A stretch of 64,000 bases of DNA from Infirmifilum sp. (GTDB lineage Archaea; Thermoproteota; Thermoprotei; Thermofilales; Thermofilaceae): positions 1 to 64,000 of the forward strand of contig JBEULP010000046.1 in the NCBI GenBank assembly GCA_041287245.1, written 5' to 3'. The notes under the pieces were generated by a model, which was not told the origin of the DNA, searched no databases, and saw nothing but the letters and a program-made list of their open reading frames with translations. The first letter of the stretch is position 1. Each line of letters opens with the position of its first letter. The translations under genes were made by a program, and so were the position numbers. Positions 29,678-39,407 of this stretch are shown here, piece by piece.

Positions 29678-30463
29678 CTAACCTTTAGTTAAGTTCCTTA
29701 GGTAGATCAATGCTGCTGCAACTAACATAAGTGACGCCCAGATCAGGAGCATGACAAGGCGTTGCTCCACGTTTATCGCAGTATTATACCTGAAAGCCCA
29801 CCTGTAAATGTCGGCGGCAAGAGACACCGGAGAATACCCTATAGCCTCAGCAATCGGCTTTGGGAACCTCATCTCGAGGATCTGTCTAGGGTAGAATACA
29901 TTGGAAAAGAAGAAGAATATGTAGTAGGTTAATGCCCTAAAGGTTGCCTGAAGGTTAAAGTCCTTGGTTGACGAGGAAATCGCGATAGCTAGCCCCGACA
30001 TCGAAGCTGACAGGGAAAATGAGGTGACGACGATAAGGAGGAAGCCGTAGAGGTCTGGAGCGCCGACGAGTATAGCCGCGAGGATAATGAAGCTTGACTG
30101 ATAAATGACTCCTCTAAGGGTGCCTCCCAGTATTCTCCCTGCTACAAGTGTCTGTCGTGTAAAAGGTAGCCCTAGGAGGTAATACGTGTACTCCCTTCTT
30201 ATCTCTATTCCAACCTCGCGTCCGATTGAGAAGGCCGAGGCAAAAGCAGCTATTGCTATTACGCCCGTCGTGAAAAACTTGAAGTAGTCGGGGATTAGCT
30301 GGGTGTTCACCATGTTGTTAAAGACCAGCGCGTATATCAGGATGTCTGCAAGGTTCATACCTATCTGACCTGCTAGCCAGAACCTATACTTCCAGAACCT
30401 TGCAAGATCCCTCTCAACGATAATCATCATCTTCCTAAACTCCTCCAGAGCATTCATTTCCAA
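29678..30463 (-). CDS. ABC-2 type exporter permease
   Basis: 6 TM helices, FFSNVFYP motif; operon with the ATPase gene. Confidence 0.9.
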   Translation of the reverse strand: MEMNALEEFRKMMIIVERDLARFWKYRFWLAGQIGMNLADILIYALVFNNMVNTQLIPDYFKFFTTGVIAIAAFASAFSIGREVGIEIRREYTYYLLGLPFTRQTLVAGRILGGTLRGVIYQSSFIILAAILVGAPDLYGFLLIVVTSFSLSASMSGLAIAISSSTKDFNLQATFRALTYYIFFFFSNVFYPRQILEMRFPKPIAEAIGYSPVSLAADIYRWAFRYNTAINVEQRLVMLLIWASLMLVAAALIYLRNLTKG

Positions 30464-31272
30464 CCACCACCCTCCACCGCTTTCTCGACAACGAGTATGG
30501 CCAGGGTTGAGAGACCAGCTGCGAATCCGAACAGGTAAGCACCCATCAGCTCAGGGCTTCCGATGGCTATTGTCTTGAACTCGTTGAAGAAAAAGACCGT
30601 GCGTAGAAAATCGACGAAGTGAGAAATCGGATTAATGGCTGCAGCGTAGTAGTAAGGCGCTATCTTAGCCAGGACAACCGCTGGGTAGAACACGGTGCTA
30701 AGCCTGATCAGGAGGGCGTCGAGGAGCCCGAAAACTATGTCTGTCGTGTCGCTGGACTTTAGGCTTAAGACGACTGTTAGCACAAATCCTACAACGCCTA
30801 TTGAGAAACCAAGCGCGCTGATCAGCGATATGGCTATTGCTACAGGGTCATACGCTCCGAGGAGATAAATAATGAAAATAAACATTGGAAGGGTGAAGAG
30901 AAATGACGCAAACCCCCCGCCTAGAGCTCTTCCCAGCGCCAAAACCTTTCTCGTAAAAGGGAGTGCGAGAAGGTACTCCATCATACCCTCCTCAAACTCT
31001 TCAGCGATGTCATAGGCGCGTGAAACACTTATAGAGAATAGCATGGAGGTGTAGACTCCGAAGAGGTAAAAGTGGTAGTAGTCAAGGTTTGTCCCCGTAA
31101 TGTTACGGAACCTCACCATGGCCGACAAAGCCAGCCCGAAGAGTGACACCTGTATAGCAAACCAAGTTATGCGCATGACGACGAAGAGTGTTCTGCTCTT
31201 CATCCTACCAAGATCCCAGAGGACGAGGAGCCACAAACCCCTAATGTCCTCTCTAAGCCTACCCCACGCCAT
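30454..31272 (-). CDS. ABC-2 type exporter permease
   Basis: EFEEGMMEYLLALP, LSTVFYP, INPISH. Confidence 0.9.
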   Translation of the reverse strand: MAWGRLREDIRGLWLLVLWDLGRMKSRTLFVVMRITWFAIQVSLFGLALSAMVRFRNITGTNLDYYHFYLFGVYTSMLFSISVSRAYDIAEEFEEGMMEYLLALPFTRKVLALGRALGGGFASFLFTLPMFIFIIYLLGAYDPVAIAISLISALGFSIGVVGFVLTVVLSLKSSDTTDIVFGLLDALLIRLSTVFYPAVVLAKIAPYYYAAAINPISHFVDFLRTVFFFNEFKTIAIGSPELMGAYLFGFAAGLSTLAILVVEKAVEGGGWK

Positions 31273-31278
31273 GAAAGG

Positions 31279-32220
31279 TCACTCTCTCAGGATAGCACCC
31301 GTGAAGTAGAAGAAAACATCGTCAAGCGTAGGCTCATGTATCATCACCTTCTTGACCCGGATGTTAGAGCTTGTGAACATGTTTATTATCTCGACAGCTC
31401 TTTCCTCGCCCTTGTTCAGGTAGATTCGAATCTTATGGTCGCTCAGCTGGTATTTCCCTATATCCCTTATCGACTCAACTATTCTTTTAATTGTGCCTTC
31501 ATCCCCATCGAAGTGGATCTCAACGATATCCCCGCCGGGAATCTGATCCTTCAGCTCGTCAACCGCTCCGAGCGCCTTCAGCTTCCCCTTGAAGATTATC
31601 CCCAGCCTCTCGCAGATACGCTCAGCCTCGAACATGTCGTTAGTAGCGACTATTACTGTTGTACCCTCATCGCGGAGCCCTCGTATTATATCCCACAGTG
31701 CGTGCTTCGTTATCACATCAACCTGGGCTGTGGGCTCGTCAAATATTGCTACCCTGGGACGCTGTATCAACACCTTGGCTATCTCAAGCTTTTTCCTCGT
31801 CCCCCCGCTCAGCTGGTAGAACTGTTTTTTCCGGTGTTCCCAGAGGTTCAGCTTCTCCATCACCTCCTTGACAACCTCCTTAGCCTCGCCTGAAGAGTAA
31901 CCAACAACCCTCGCGTGCCACAACAAGAGCTCGTAAGGCGTGTCGATCCACAGGGCCTTAGGCTCCTGAAACGCTATACCCACGTATTTCCTTACGATAT
32001 CCCCCTCTCGAGAGACCGAGTGTCCAAAGACGTAGATGTCTCCACTCGTGGGTTTGTATACGGTGGACAAGGTGAGGAGTGTCGTGGATTTTCCGGATCC
32101 GTTTGGGCCTAAAAGCCCGAAGATTTCACCCTCGTAAATGTCAAGGTTGAGGTTGTCGACTGCGACCGTAGACCCAAACTTCTTCGTGAAATTTTTAATC
32201 TCAACAGCTTTCGTCGCCAT
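31279..32220 (-). CDS. ABC-2 (DrrA-like) exporter ATP-binding protein
   Basis: GPNGSGKST, LSGGTRK, FDEPT, EPTLDDVF. Confidence 0.95.
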   Translation of the reverse strand: MATKAVEIKNFTKKFGSTVAVDNLNLDIYEGEIFGLLGPNGSGKSTTLLTLSTVYKPTSGDIYVFGHSVSREGDIVRKYVGIAFQEPKALWIDTPYELLLWHARVVGYSSGEAKEVVKEVMEKLNLWEHRKKQFYQLSGGTRKKLEIAKVLIQRPRVAIFDEPTAQVDVITKHALWDIIRGLRDEGTTVIVATNDMFEAERICERLGIIFKGKLKALGAVDELKDQIPGGDIVEIHFDGDEGTIKRIVESIRDIGKYQLSDHKIRIYLNKGEERAVEIINMFTSSNIRVKKVMIHEPTLDDVFFYFTGAILRE

Positions 32221-32364
32221 AAGGTAAGACCAACTCTAAAACCCCTCTTCTGTATTTATCAATTTCGCGATTTGGAGCAAATCGCAAAGAGGGAGAAACA
32301 GTTTCTAAACTACTATACGGCAAAAAATTAATAGGTTCCAACAGCCTCGAATACAAGAACATCT

Positions 32365-32871
32365 ATGGCTGGCGAGGCGAAACCCCCCTCCAGAGAGGAG
32401 GCTTTACTACAGGAGCTTCTGTATGCTATCGCCCATATAGCACATGCCGAGCAACACCTTGTCGAGATTGACTCGCAGCTCAGCGAATCCAAGCTCTCAT
32501 CCTATATTGACAGGCTGAGGATTAGCAGGAAAGACCTTGGGCAGATACTATTGGAAATAGCTGGCTTTAAGGAGAGCGGGAACGGTGGCGAGGCTAGAAC
32601 GCCTGCCGAGAGCCTGTGGTGCACGATAAAACACCTTTCAATGGCCGTCGTGCACTGTGACGAGTGCGCTGAGAAGGTCATTCGCAGGTTAAACGAAACC
32701 CTCAAGAACGGTGCAGCGGCCGAGGCTAGACCTCTTCTAAGCTACCTACACGAAATTTATAGGGTGAGGCGCGAGGCTTTTGACATGTTGACTAGGCTTG
32801 TCCGAGGTAATGAGATCTCTGGGGAGACCGTTGAAGCCGTAAGGTGCAGAGAGGATCTCTGCGTGGAATAA
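32365..32871 (+). CDS. hypothetical helical His/Cys-rich protein upstream of tatC
   Basis: AHIAHAEQHLVE and WCTIKHLSMAVVHCDEC motifs; C-terminal RCREDLC. Confidence 0.75.
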   Translation: MAGEAKPPSREEALLQELLYAIAHIAHAEQHLVEIDSQLSESKLSSYIDRLRISRKDLGQILLEIAGFKESGNGGEARTPAESLWCTIKHLSMAVVHCDECAEKVIRRLNETLKNGAAAEARPLLSYLHEIYRVRREAFDMLTRLVRGNEISGETVEAVRCREDLCVE

Positions 32872-32883
32872 GAGGTACCTTCT

Positions 32884-33714
32884 ATGGTCGAGGAGGAGCT
32901 GCCTGAGAAGCCGTTAATGGAGCACGTCTATGACCTACTCGAGACAATTAGGAGGATCCTGATACTTCATGTGGTCTTTATCCTAGGGCTTTTATTCATT
33001 CCCGCTCCGAACGAGCTGCCTAAGTCCTACGACCCTCTACTCTTTTACGCTATGAACCTGACCAAGGGCTATATGTTGGACTTCGACCACAACATTTTCG
33101 CCTACCCCTTTGCCAGGCTCTTCGGCGTAAACGGGACAAAGGTAGTCTTAATAGCCCACGGTTGGTTTGACAGCCTCACAGCCTCGCTTTACCTGGCCGC
33201 GTTAATCACCATTGCCGTTTTAAGCCCGGTAACCACTCTATATATCTACAGGTTTATAGAGCCGGGGCTATATTCACACGAAAGAAGAATACTGAAAAAA
33301 TACATTTTCATCGCTCTTGGGCTTTTCATTTCAGGCCTGGTCTACGGCTTTTTCGTCGTCATGCCTATAATCTTCGCAACCGGTGTCTGGATTGCTACCC
33401 TCGGGGGTGCCAGTCTCTTCTTCTCGATAGAGGAGTTCTACGACAACATCTTTATAGGGAGTTTGGCAACCGGCGTTTTCTTCATGTTTCCCCTAGCAAT
33501 CCTAATATTGCATAAGCTGGGGATTGTGAGCTACGAGACCTTAAACAGTAACTGGAGGGTTATAGTATTCGCAGGATATGTTTTCCTTGCACTCATAACG
33601 CCCGATCCAACGCCATTTAGCGACCTTGCACTCGGGGTACCCTTCATATTTCTCTACTTCTTTTCAATGTGGCTCGTGAAGCGATCTGAAAATAGAAAAT
33701 CAAATAAGTCATGA
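32884..33714 (+). CDS. tatC: twin-arginine translocase subunit TatC
   Basis: PLMEHV.DL...R, FIEPGLYSHER, ALITPDPTPFS. Confidence 0.93.
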   Translation: MVEEELPEKPLMEHVYDLLETIRRILILHVVFILGLLFIPAPNELPKSYDPLLFYAMNLTKGYMLDFDHNIFAYPFARLFGVNGTKVVLIAHGWFDSLTASLYLAALITIAVLSPVTTLYIYRFIEPGLYSHERRILKKYIFIALGLFISGLVYGFFVVMPIIFATGVWIATLGGASLFFSIEEFYDNIFIGSLATGVFFMFPLAILILHKLGIVSYETLNSNWRVIVFAGYVFLALITPDPTPFSDLALGVPFIFLYFFSMWLVKRSENRKSNKS

Positions 33715-33765
33715 TTAGTTGTGCTATTCTTATATATATTTAAATCTTTATATATGAAATTATTC

Positions 33766-33805
33766 AATAAAATAATACTAACATTTGACTTAGTATTATT
33801 TTATT
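33766..33805. promoter_or_regulatory. perfect 16-bp inverted repeat (8-bp spacer) upstream of the hydrogenase operon
   Basis: AATAAAATAATACTAA-catttgac-TTAGTATTATTTTATT, ending 63 bp before the small-subunit ATG. Confidence 0.65.
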
Positions 33806-33868
33806 TTATTATATTGAAGAAAAATATAAATAAATCACAATTATAATAATAACGTTAAGGCGATAAAA

Positions 33869-35137
33869 ATGCCACAGTCAGAGTTTATGTTGAGCCGCCG
33901 AGGATTCTTAAAACTCGCAGGGACTACAGCTGTTCTATCTTCACTTGATTGGAACCAGCTTGTCAAACTAGCAGCAGCCCAAGCCCAGAGCGGAGCAATA
34001 AACATCGTGTGGTTCGAGGCCCAGGACTGTGCTGGCAACACGACAGCCCTGATCCAGGCAACTGAGCCAGACCTCATCGACGTTCTCGGTGGGTCTTTCT
34101 ATGCCGTCGGTCCCGGCAACGTAAAACTTGTCTTCCACGAGACCGTTATGCCCCAATGGGGAGAAGGCGCACTCGACATCGCTAGGGCGGCTGCAAACGG
34201 GCAGCTAGACCCATTCGTTCTTGTACTTGAGGGCAGCTTCCCGCAGGACGAGAAGGCCGGTGGACCCCCCGGAAGCGACTATTACTGTTTCATAGGAGAG
34301 GAGAATGGAAAGCCGATCTCATGCGTCGAGTGGATGAGGAGACTAATCCCCAAAGCTGTAGCCGTCGTTGCAGTAGGTAACTGTGCTTCTTATGGCGGTC
34401 TAGTTGCGAACAAAGTCTTAGAAAGGGTTCCCGGCTTGCCATCCTCTACCTGGGGCGACAGCCCCACGGGAGCCGTGGGCTTCTTCCCAGACCCAATCCG
34501 AGGGCTGAAAGGGCTTGTAAATCTCTTACCTGAGGCCGAGCCGTTCAGAAGGTTCATCTCTGGACAGTGCAGCCTTAAACCGGGGGAGATACGAGCCGAT
34601 TGTAGACCCGCGGTGGCTGTGCCTGGGTGCCCGGCTAACGGAAACGGCCAGTTGAGAACGCTGGCTGCTCTTGTGCTCTGGGCTAAGGGTCTATTACCGC
34701 TTCCAGAGCTAGACCTATACTGGAGGCCAAAGTTTATCTACGGTCACACGGTTCACGAGCAGTGTCCAAGGGCTGGTTTTTACGCAGCAGGAGACTTCAG
34801 GGCATACCCAGGGGATAATACTGCTCAATGTCTCTATGCTGTCGGCTGCAAGGGTCCTATCTCCAACTGCCCGTGGAACAAGCTTGGCTGGGTTAACGGC
34901 GTGGGTGGCCCGACGCGTACTGGAGGCGTATGCATAGGGTGTACGATGCCCGGCTTCACAGACTATTATGAGCCGTTCTACAAGCCTCTCCAGGCCCCAC
35001 GCGTACCTTCAGGTTTAGAGGGGGCGGCTGCTGTAGCAGCACTGCTCGCGGGCGTTGGACTGGCTTACGGCGTTTCCAAGAATATTGAAAAGAAGAAGGA
35101 GGAGGCTCTCAAGGCTTCTAAGGGTGAGTCGTCATGA
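33869..35137 (+). CDS. hynS: membrane-bound [NiFe]-hydrogenase small subunit with Tat signal
   Basis: SRRGFLK; AQDCAGN; GNCASYGG; PGCP; HEQCPR; CLYAVGCKGP; CIGCT; C-terminal TM anchor. Confidence 0.95.
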   Translation: MPQSEFMLSRRGFLKLAGTTAVLSSLDWNQLVKLAAAQAQSGAINIVWFEAQDCAGNTTALIQATEPDLIDVLGGSFYAVGPGNVKLVFHETVMPQWGEGALDIARAAANGQLDPFVLVLEGSFPQDEKAGGPPGSDYYCFIGEENGKPISCVEWMRRLIPKAVAVVAVGNCASYGGLVANKVLERVPGLPSSTWGDSPTGAVGFFPDPIRGLKGLVNLLPEAEPFRRFISGQCSLKPGEIRADCRPAVAVPGCPANGNGQLRTLAALVLWAKGLLPLPELDLYWRPKFIYGHTVHEQCPRAGFYAAGDFRAYPGDNTAQCLYAVGCKGPISNCPWNKLGWVNGVGGPTRTGGVCIGCTMPGFTDYYEPFYKPLQAPRVPSGLEGAAAVAALLAGVGLAYGVSKNIEKKKEEALKASKGESS

Positions 35138-36924
35138 GTGTGAAGGAGGTTTTTATTGATCCTATTACCAGGATTGAGGGACACCTTGCCCTTAGAGCGC
35201 TTGTTGACATAAACGCCAGGAAGCCAACCGACGTGTGGGTATACGCAACTATGTTCAGGGGATTTGAGGTCTTCCTCAGGGGGAGACCGCCTGAGGATGC
35301 CATCCACATCACCTCAAGGATCTGTGGTGTGTGCGGCGCTAGCCACGCGAACGCCTCGATGCATGCTGTCGACATGGCATACGGTGTCGTACCGGAGCCT
35401 ATGGGCGTCGTCCTTAGAAACATGGCTTTTGCCATGACGGACCCATTATACGATCACCCGCTGATCCTCAACATGCTTGGGGGACCTGACTACAGCGAGC
35501 TAATTGTAAGTAAGCTAACACCCAAAGTTTGGGCGGACGCGCAGAGAACAGACGCCCCGCACCGAGACATACACGGCTTCGCGAAGATATCAGACATAAT
35601 GCGTGCGCTAAACCCGATAGAGGGGAAGATCTGGCAGCTCACAGTGAAGTACCAGAGAATAGCTCGAGAGGGAGGCGTCTTAATATACGGCAGGCACAGC
35701 CACCCGAGCACGATAATACCGGGTGGGATCTCGACAGACCTCTCAAACCTCGAGTACTTGCTCGTAGGATATACTTATAGGCTGACGAAGCTCACCGCTT
35801 GGGCGAAGTTCCTCTACACGGTGTGGCAGGACATCGTCTGGTTCTACGAGGAATACGAGGGCTACAGGGACCAGGGCGTCACGTATCGCCAGCATAACAT
35901 GGTTAGCGGAGGTGTATTCGATGATCCCGAGGTTTACTCCTCGCTGGGCGAAACGCCGGAGGACGTCTATAAGAACATCGACAAGGCTGCTTCGAAGCGC
36001 TCGATAAAGCCCGGTGCCTTCGTGAAGGGACAGCTGGTGACTACAAGCTACAAGGAGATTAACCTCAGCATCAAGGAGACGGTGGACAGGTCCTTCTACG
36101 AGGACTGGGTGGGAAGCTACCCAATATATACTGAGACAGACCCCGAGGGGAACAAGCTCCTCTGGGGCCAGCAAAATCCAGCCTACCACCCGTGGAACAA
36201 GACGACAATTCCAAAGCCAGGCGCCAGGGACTGGAACGGCAAGTACAACTGGGCTGCCACGGTCCGCTTCGTCTGGAAGGACGGGACCGTCACCCCATTC
36301 GAGGTAGGCCCTATCGCTAGGCTGACGGTCACTGCTTACCAGCCTAGCGACTTCGGGAGCGGTAACGGTGTGCTAAGGGTTGACTTGCCTCGCAGCGGGG
36401 GTGCAGACGACCTACCGGCAGGCGTAGTAGACGAGATGACACTCGAGTGGAAAGCACCTCCATACTCTACCACGCTACAACGCGTCCTCGCGAGGGCCTT
36501 TAACGTTGCTCTCGACGCAGGTATAGCGTGGCAGGACGTTCTCAAGGCTATCGAGCTGGCTAGAAACGGTAGGACAAAGACTTCTAGACCCTGGGTCGCC
36601 CCCAGTAGGAGGACCTTTGGAGTGGGCTTCACCGAGGCGCCTAGGGGCACTGTGAGGCACTGGGTTGTGCAGGAAGGCGGGAAGATTGTGAATTACCAGA
36701 TTCATGCTCCGACTACTGGGAATGTATCCCCGAAGGATCAGTACGGGATGTCGCCTTTCGAACAAAGCGTCGCTAACAGTGTTGTCACTGAGGAGGTGCC
36801 TCCTGATCAGTGGGAGGGTCTTGACTTTGTAAGGGCTATTAGGAGCTTTGACCCTTGCATAGCCTGTGCCGTGCACATACAGGTGGGAAGGGTTAAAGCC
36901 ATCAAGAAGATGATAGTACGGTGA
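35134..36924 (+). CDS. hynL: [NiFe]-hydrogenase large subunit
   Basis: DPITRIEGH, SRICGVCG (L1), EAPRG, RSFDPCIACAVH (L2) plus a cleavable C-terminal tail. Confidence 0.97.
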   Translation: MSVKEVFIDPITRIEGHLALRALVDINARKPTDVWVYATMFRGFEVFLRGRPPEDAIHITSRICGVCGASHANASMHAVDMAYGVVPEPMGVVLRNMAFAMTDPLYDHPLILNMLGGPDYSELIVSKLTPKVWADAQRTDAPHRDIHGFAKISDIMRALNPIEGKIWQLTVKYQRIAREGGVLIYGRHSHPSTIIPGGISTDLSNLEYLLVGYTYRLTKLTAWAKFLYTVWQDIVWFYEEYEGYRDQGVTYRQHNMVSGGVFDDPEVYSSLGETPEDVYKNIDKAASKRSIKPGAFVKGQLVTTSYKEINLSIKETVDRSFYEDWVGSYPIYTETDPEGNKLLWGQQNPAYHPWNKTTIPKPGARDWNGKYNWAATVRFVWKDGTVTPFEVGPIARLTVTAYQPSDFGSGNGVLRVDLPRSGGADDLPAGVVDEMTLEWKAPPYSTTLQRVLARAFNVALDAGIAWQDVLKAIELARNGRTKTSRPWVAPSRRTFGVGFTEAPRGTVRHWVVQEGGKIVNYQIHAPTTGNVSPKDQYGMSPFEQSVANSVVTEEVPPDQWEGLDFVRAIRSFDPCIACAVHIQVGRVKAIKKMIVR

Positions 36925-37724
36925 ATGACAGTATGGATCTATTAGACTTTGCAATCTATGTCGCACCGCCCTATGTGGTAGCGCTATTCCTCCTTGGCGT
37001 GGGCTACAGGCTGGGAAGGTATGTTTTCAGGTGGAAAAGACGTGTCCCGGCGACCCGAAGGACTAGGCCTCTACCAAGCCTGCTTGTAGGAATAATTAGA
37101 ACCTTTGCCGACCCTCTGATCGTCGGACTTAAGCAGAGGAAGGGGGACTTTATAGGCGGTCTCGTAGCCTTGCACATTCTGGGCGTAATACCTCTGATTT
37201 TCCTGTTAGCCCCGCACGTGATCGTGTTCACATACTGGCTCCCCATCTACTCCATTCTAAAGCCTCTGGCGATACCGGCCTCGATAACCTCGTCGGGCCT
37301 CACACTCCTGCACAACGTGCTTCCGGCGTCAGACATGTCTTGGACCTTTGTTAACACCCTCTGGGGTCCACTAGTCATAATTCTCAATGGGGATCTTCTA
37401 GCAATTCTAGCAATACTCGGCGTCTCATACAAGATAGGTGATAAGCTTGTACGCCTCTTCCACAGGCTTCCCAACAACAGGATAGGCGACTGGTACGCTC
37501 TGCTGCTCCTCCTATCAATCCTAGTCACAGGCTTCCTAGCTACACATCACCTACCCTCAGGCGACATAGGGACTTACAGGTTTGTACTTGGCCTCCATAT
37601 AACGCTGGCAGAGCTCCTGGTGATATCCCTGCCCTTCACGAAGTTCTGGCACTTCGTCTTCGGTTACTGGTACGGCAAGCTTCACGAGTGGTACGACTTA
37701 AAGTTCAACAGGGGGGCATTATGA
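36921..37724 (+). CDS. NarI/DsrM-like cytochrome b membrane subunit (Isp1-like)
   Basis: 5 TM helices, conserved His residues, GLHITLAELL...LPFTKFWH. Confidence 0.85.
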   Translation: MNDSMDLLDFAIYVAPPYVVALFLLGVGYRLGRYVFRWKRRVPATRRTRPLPSLLVGIIRTFADPLIVGLKQRKGDFIGGLVALHILGVIPLIFLLAPHVIVFTYWLPIYSILKPLAIPASITSSGLTLLHNVLPASDMSWTFVNTLWGPLVIILNGDLLAILAILGVSYKIGDKLVRLFHRLPNNRIGDWYALLLLLSILVTGFLATHHLPSGDIGTYRFVLGLHITLAELLVISLPFTKFWHFVFGYWYGKLHEWYDLKFNRGAL

Positions 37725-39061
37725 GCGGTGTAATGAACCTGGATACCGAGAAGATTAAGGCTGCCGAGGCCTACGCCCTCTCCCACCTCGACCCCGTAAT
37801 GATGCACTTCTTCGAAGACTGCGTAAACTGCGGCCTCTGCGAGGTTAATTGTCCCTATACGCCGGCGGGCGAGGAGTATGGTCCTGTTGAGAAGGCAGAG
37901 GGTCTTAGAGACATATACCGCTTTAACACTCAACTGCTGCCCAGGATCTTTCCATGGCTCTTCGGAGGCAAGAGGCCGAGGGACGCTGCTGAGCTGGAAA
38001 AGTGGATGGAGAGGGCATATAGGTGCACTAACTGCGGCCTTTGCTACGTAACATGCCCATTCGGCATACACAGCGGGGAAATGATAAAGGTTCTAAGGGG
38101 CTACCTAGCTTTAAACGGGAAGATACCCACCCTGCTCAAAATGATGATCGATGCTGAGGCCTCCAATACTCTCCTGGAAAACCCCGGCTTCAAAAAGATC
38201 TGGGAAGACACCATCAGTAAGATCAGCGCTGAGGGCGTCCAGTTCAACAAGAAGGGAGCTAAATACCTCTACCTCACCTCTCTGGCAGAAGCCATGATGA
38301 CCCCCAACTCTGTGTTCGGCGCTGTGAAGCTCCTTAACAAGCTCGGGCTTGACTGGACGATGCCCGACCAGCCTCTCTCGATGAGAGTCCCAATAGGATC
38401 CCTCGCAGGCGACGACGGCGCGACCGCTGTCGTTACTCGGAGGGTATACGAGTACATAAGGCAGATAAACCCCGAGTACGTGGTGCTCAGCGACGGGGGC
38501 TACCCGTATAGCTTCCTAAGGTTCGATCTTCCGAGGATAGTGGGAGAAAAGCCTACCTTCAAGGTTATACACATTGTTGAGCTCGTAGAGGAGTCCTTGA
38601 AACAGGGTAAGATAAAGTTCAGGCAGACAAGCGAGAAGGTTACGTGGCACAGCCCCTGCAAGATGGGCCGCTTTGGCGGGCTAATAGAGGAACCAGTCCA
38701 CGTACTTAGAAACGTCTCTACAGGGTTTGTCAAACTGAAAAGCCACGGTATTTACAGCAAGTGCTGCGGAGGCGGAAGCAGTATCGCCTGCATAGTTCCT
38801 CCGACACAAGAAGCCATGGAGAAGATAATGGGTGGAGCTGTGCCAGTCTCTGACGGCGAAAAACAATTCCTAGACAAGCTCTACAAGGACATGCTAGTAG
38901 CGGGGAAGGCAAAAGTCGACGAGATAAAAGAGTCCGGAGCATCTATTGTCGTGACGTCCTGTGTAGGGTGTTTTCACACCCTAGGGATGACTACAAGTGC
39001 CTATGGAGTTAACGTAAAGCTGAAAATGCTATCAGAATATCTTGCAGAATATATAGAATGA
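37721..39061 (+). CDS. HdrD/DsrK-like Fe-S oxidoreductase (Isp2-like)
   Basis: CVNCGLCEVNCP, CTNCGLCYVTCP, WHSPC, KCCGGG, TSCVGC; start at ATG 37721 (ATGA overlap). Confidence 0.9.
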   Translation: MSGVMNLDTEKIKAAEAYALSHLDPVMMHFFEDCVNCGLCEVNCPYTPAGEEYGPVEKAEGLRDIYRFNTQLLPRIFPWLFGGKRPRDAAELEKWMERAYRCTNCGLCYVTCPFGIHSGEMIKVLRGYLALNGKIPTLLKMMIDAEASNTLLENPGFKKIWEDTISKISAEGVQFNKKGAKYLYLTSLAEAMMTPNSVFGAVKLLNKLGLDWTMPDQPLSMRVPIGSLAGDDGATAVVTRRVYEYIRQINPEYVVLSDGGYPYSFLRFDLPRIVGEKPTFKVIHIVELVEESLKQGKIKFRQTSEKVTWHSPCKMGRFGGLIEEPVHVLRNVSTGFVKLKSHGIYSKCCGGGSSIACIVPPTQEAMEKIMGGAVPVSDGEKQFLDKLYKDMLVAGKAKVDEIKESGASIVVTSCVGCFHTLGMTTSAYGVNVKLKMLSEYLAEYIE

Positions 39062-39407
39062 TTTTTTTACCATATTTCTTCTTTTCTTTCTTAAGTCCTT
39101 TAGGTACTTTCGCATGTGATGCTCTTGAGTTATATACTAGAACGTATCAACAATATGGCGAGCGTGCTAAGCATTATTTGGTGGAACAAACTACGTGCTT
39201 AGACTCCAAGATTGTTCTTCACCCCTGGGTTAAAAAGTGAGATGCCTCATTTGTTTATCACGTATGCAAACAAGAATAGCAGGCTGGCTCACATACTACG
39301 CCAATGATGCCGCAAGGGCAAAATAGAGACTATTAATGTTAATAGACGGGTTTCTACAAACATACAAATTTTTTATAAGCTGAATCAATTAATATCTTAG
39401 GGCCTTA

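Noticed and set aside
39058..39240. 60-aa ORF after the HdrD-like gene
   Set aside because: It starts in a T-rich terminator-like tract and has no recognisable features.
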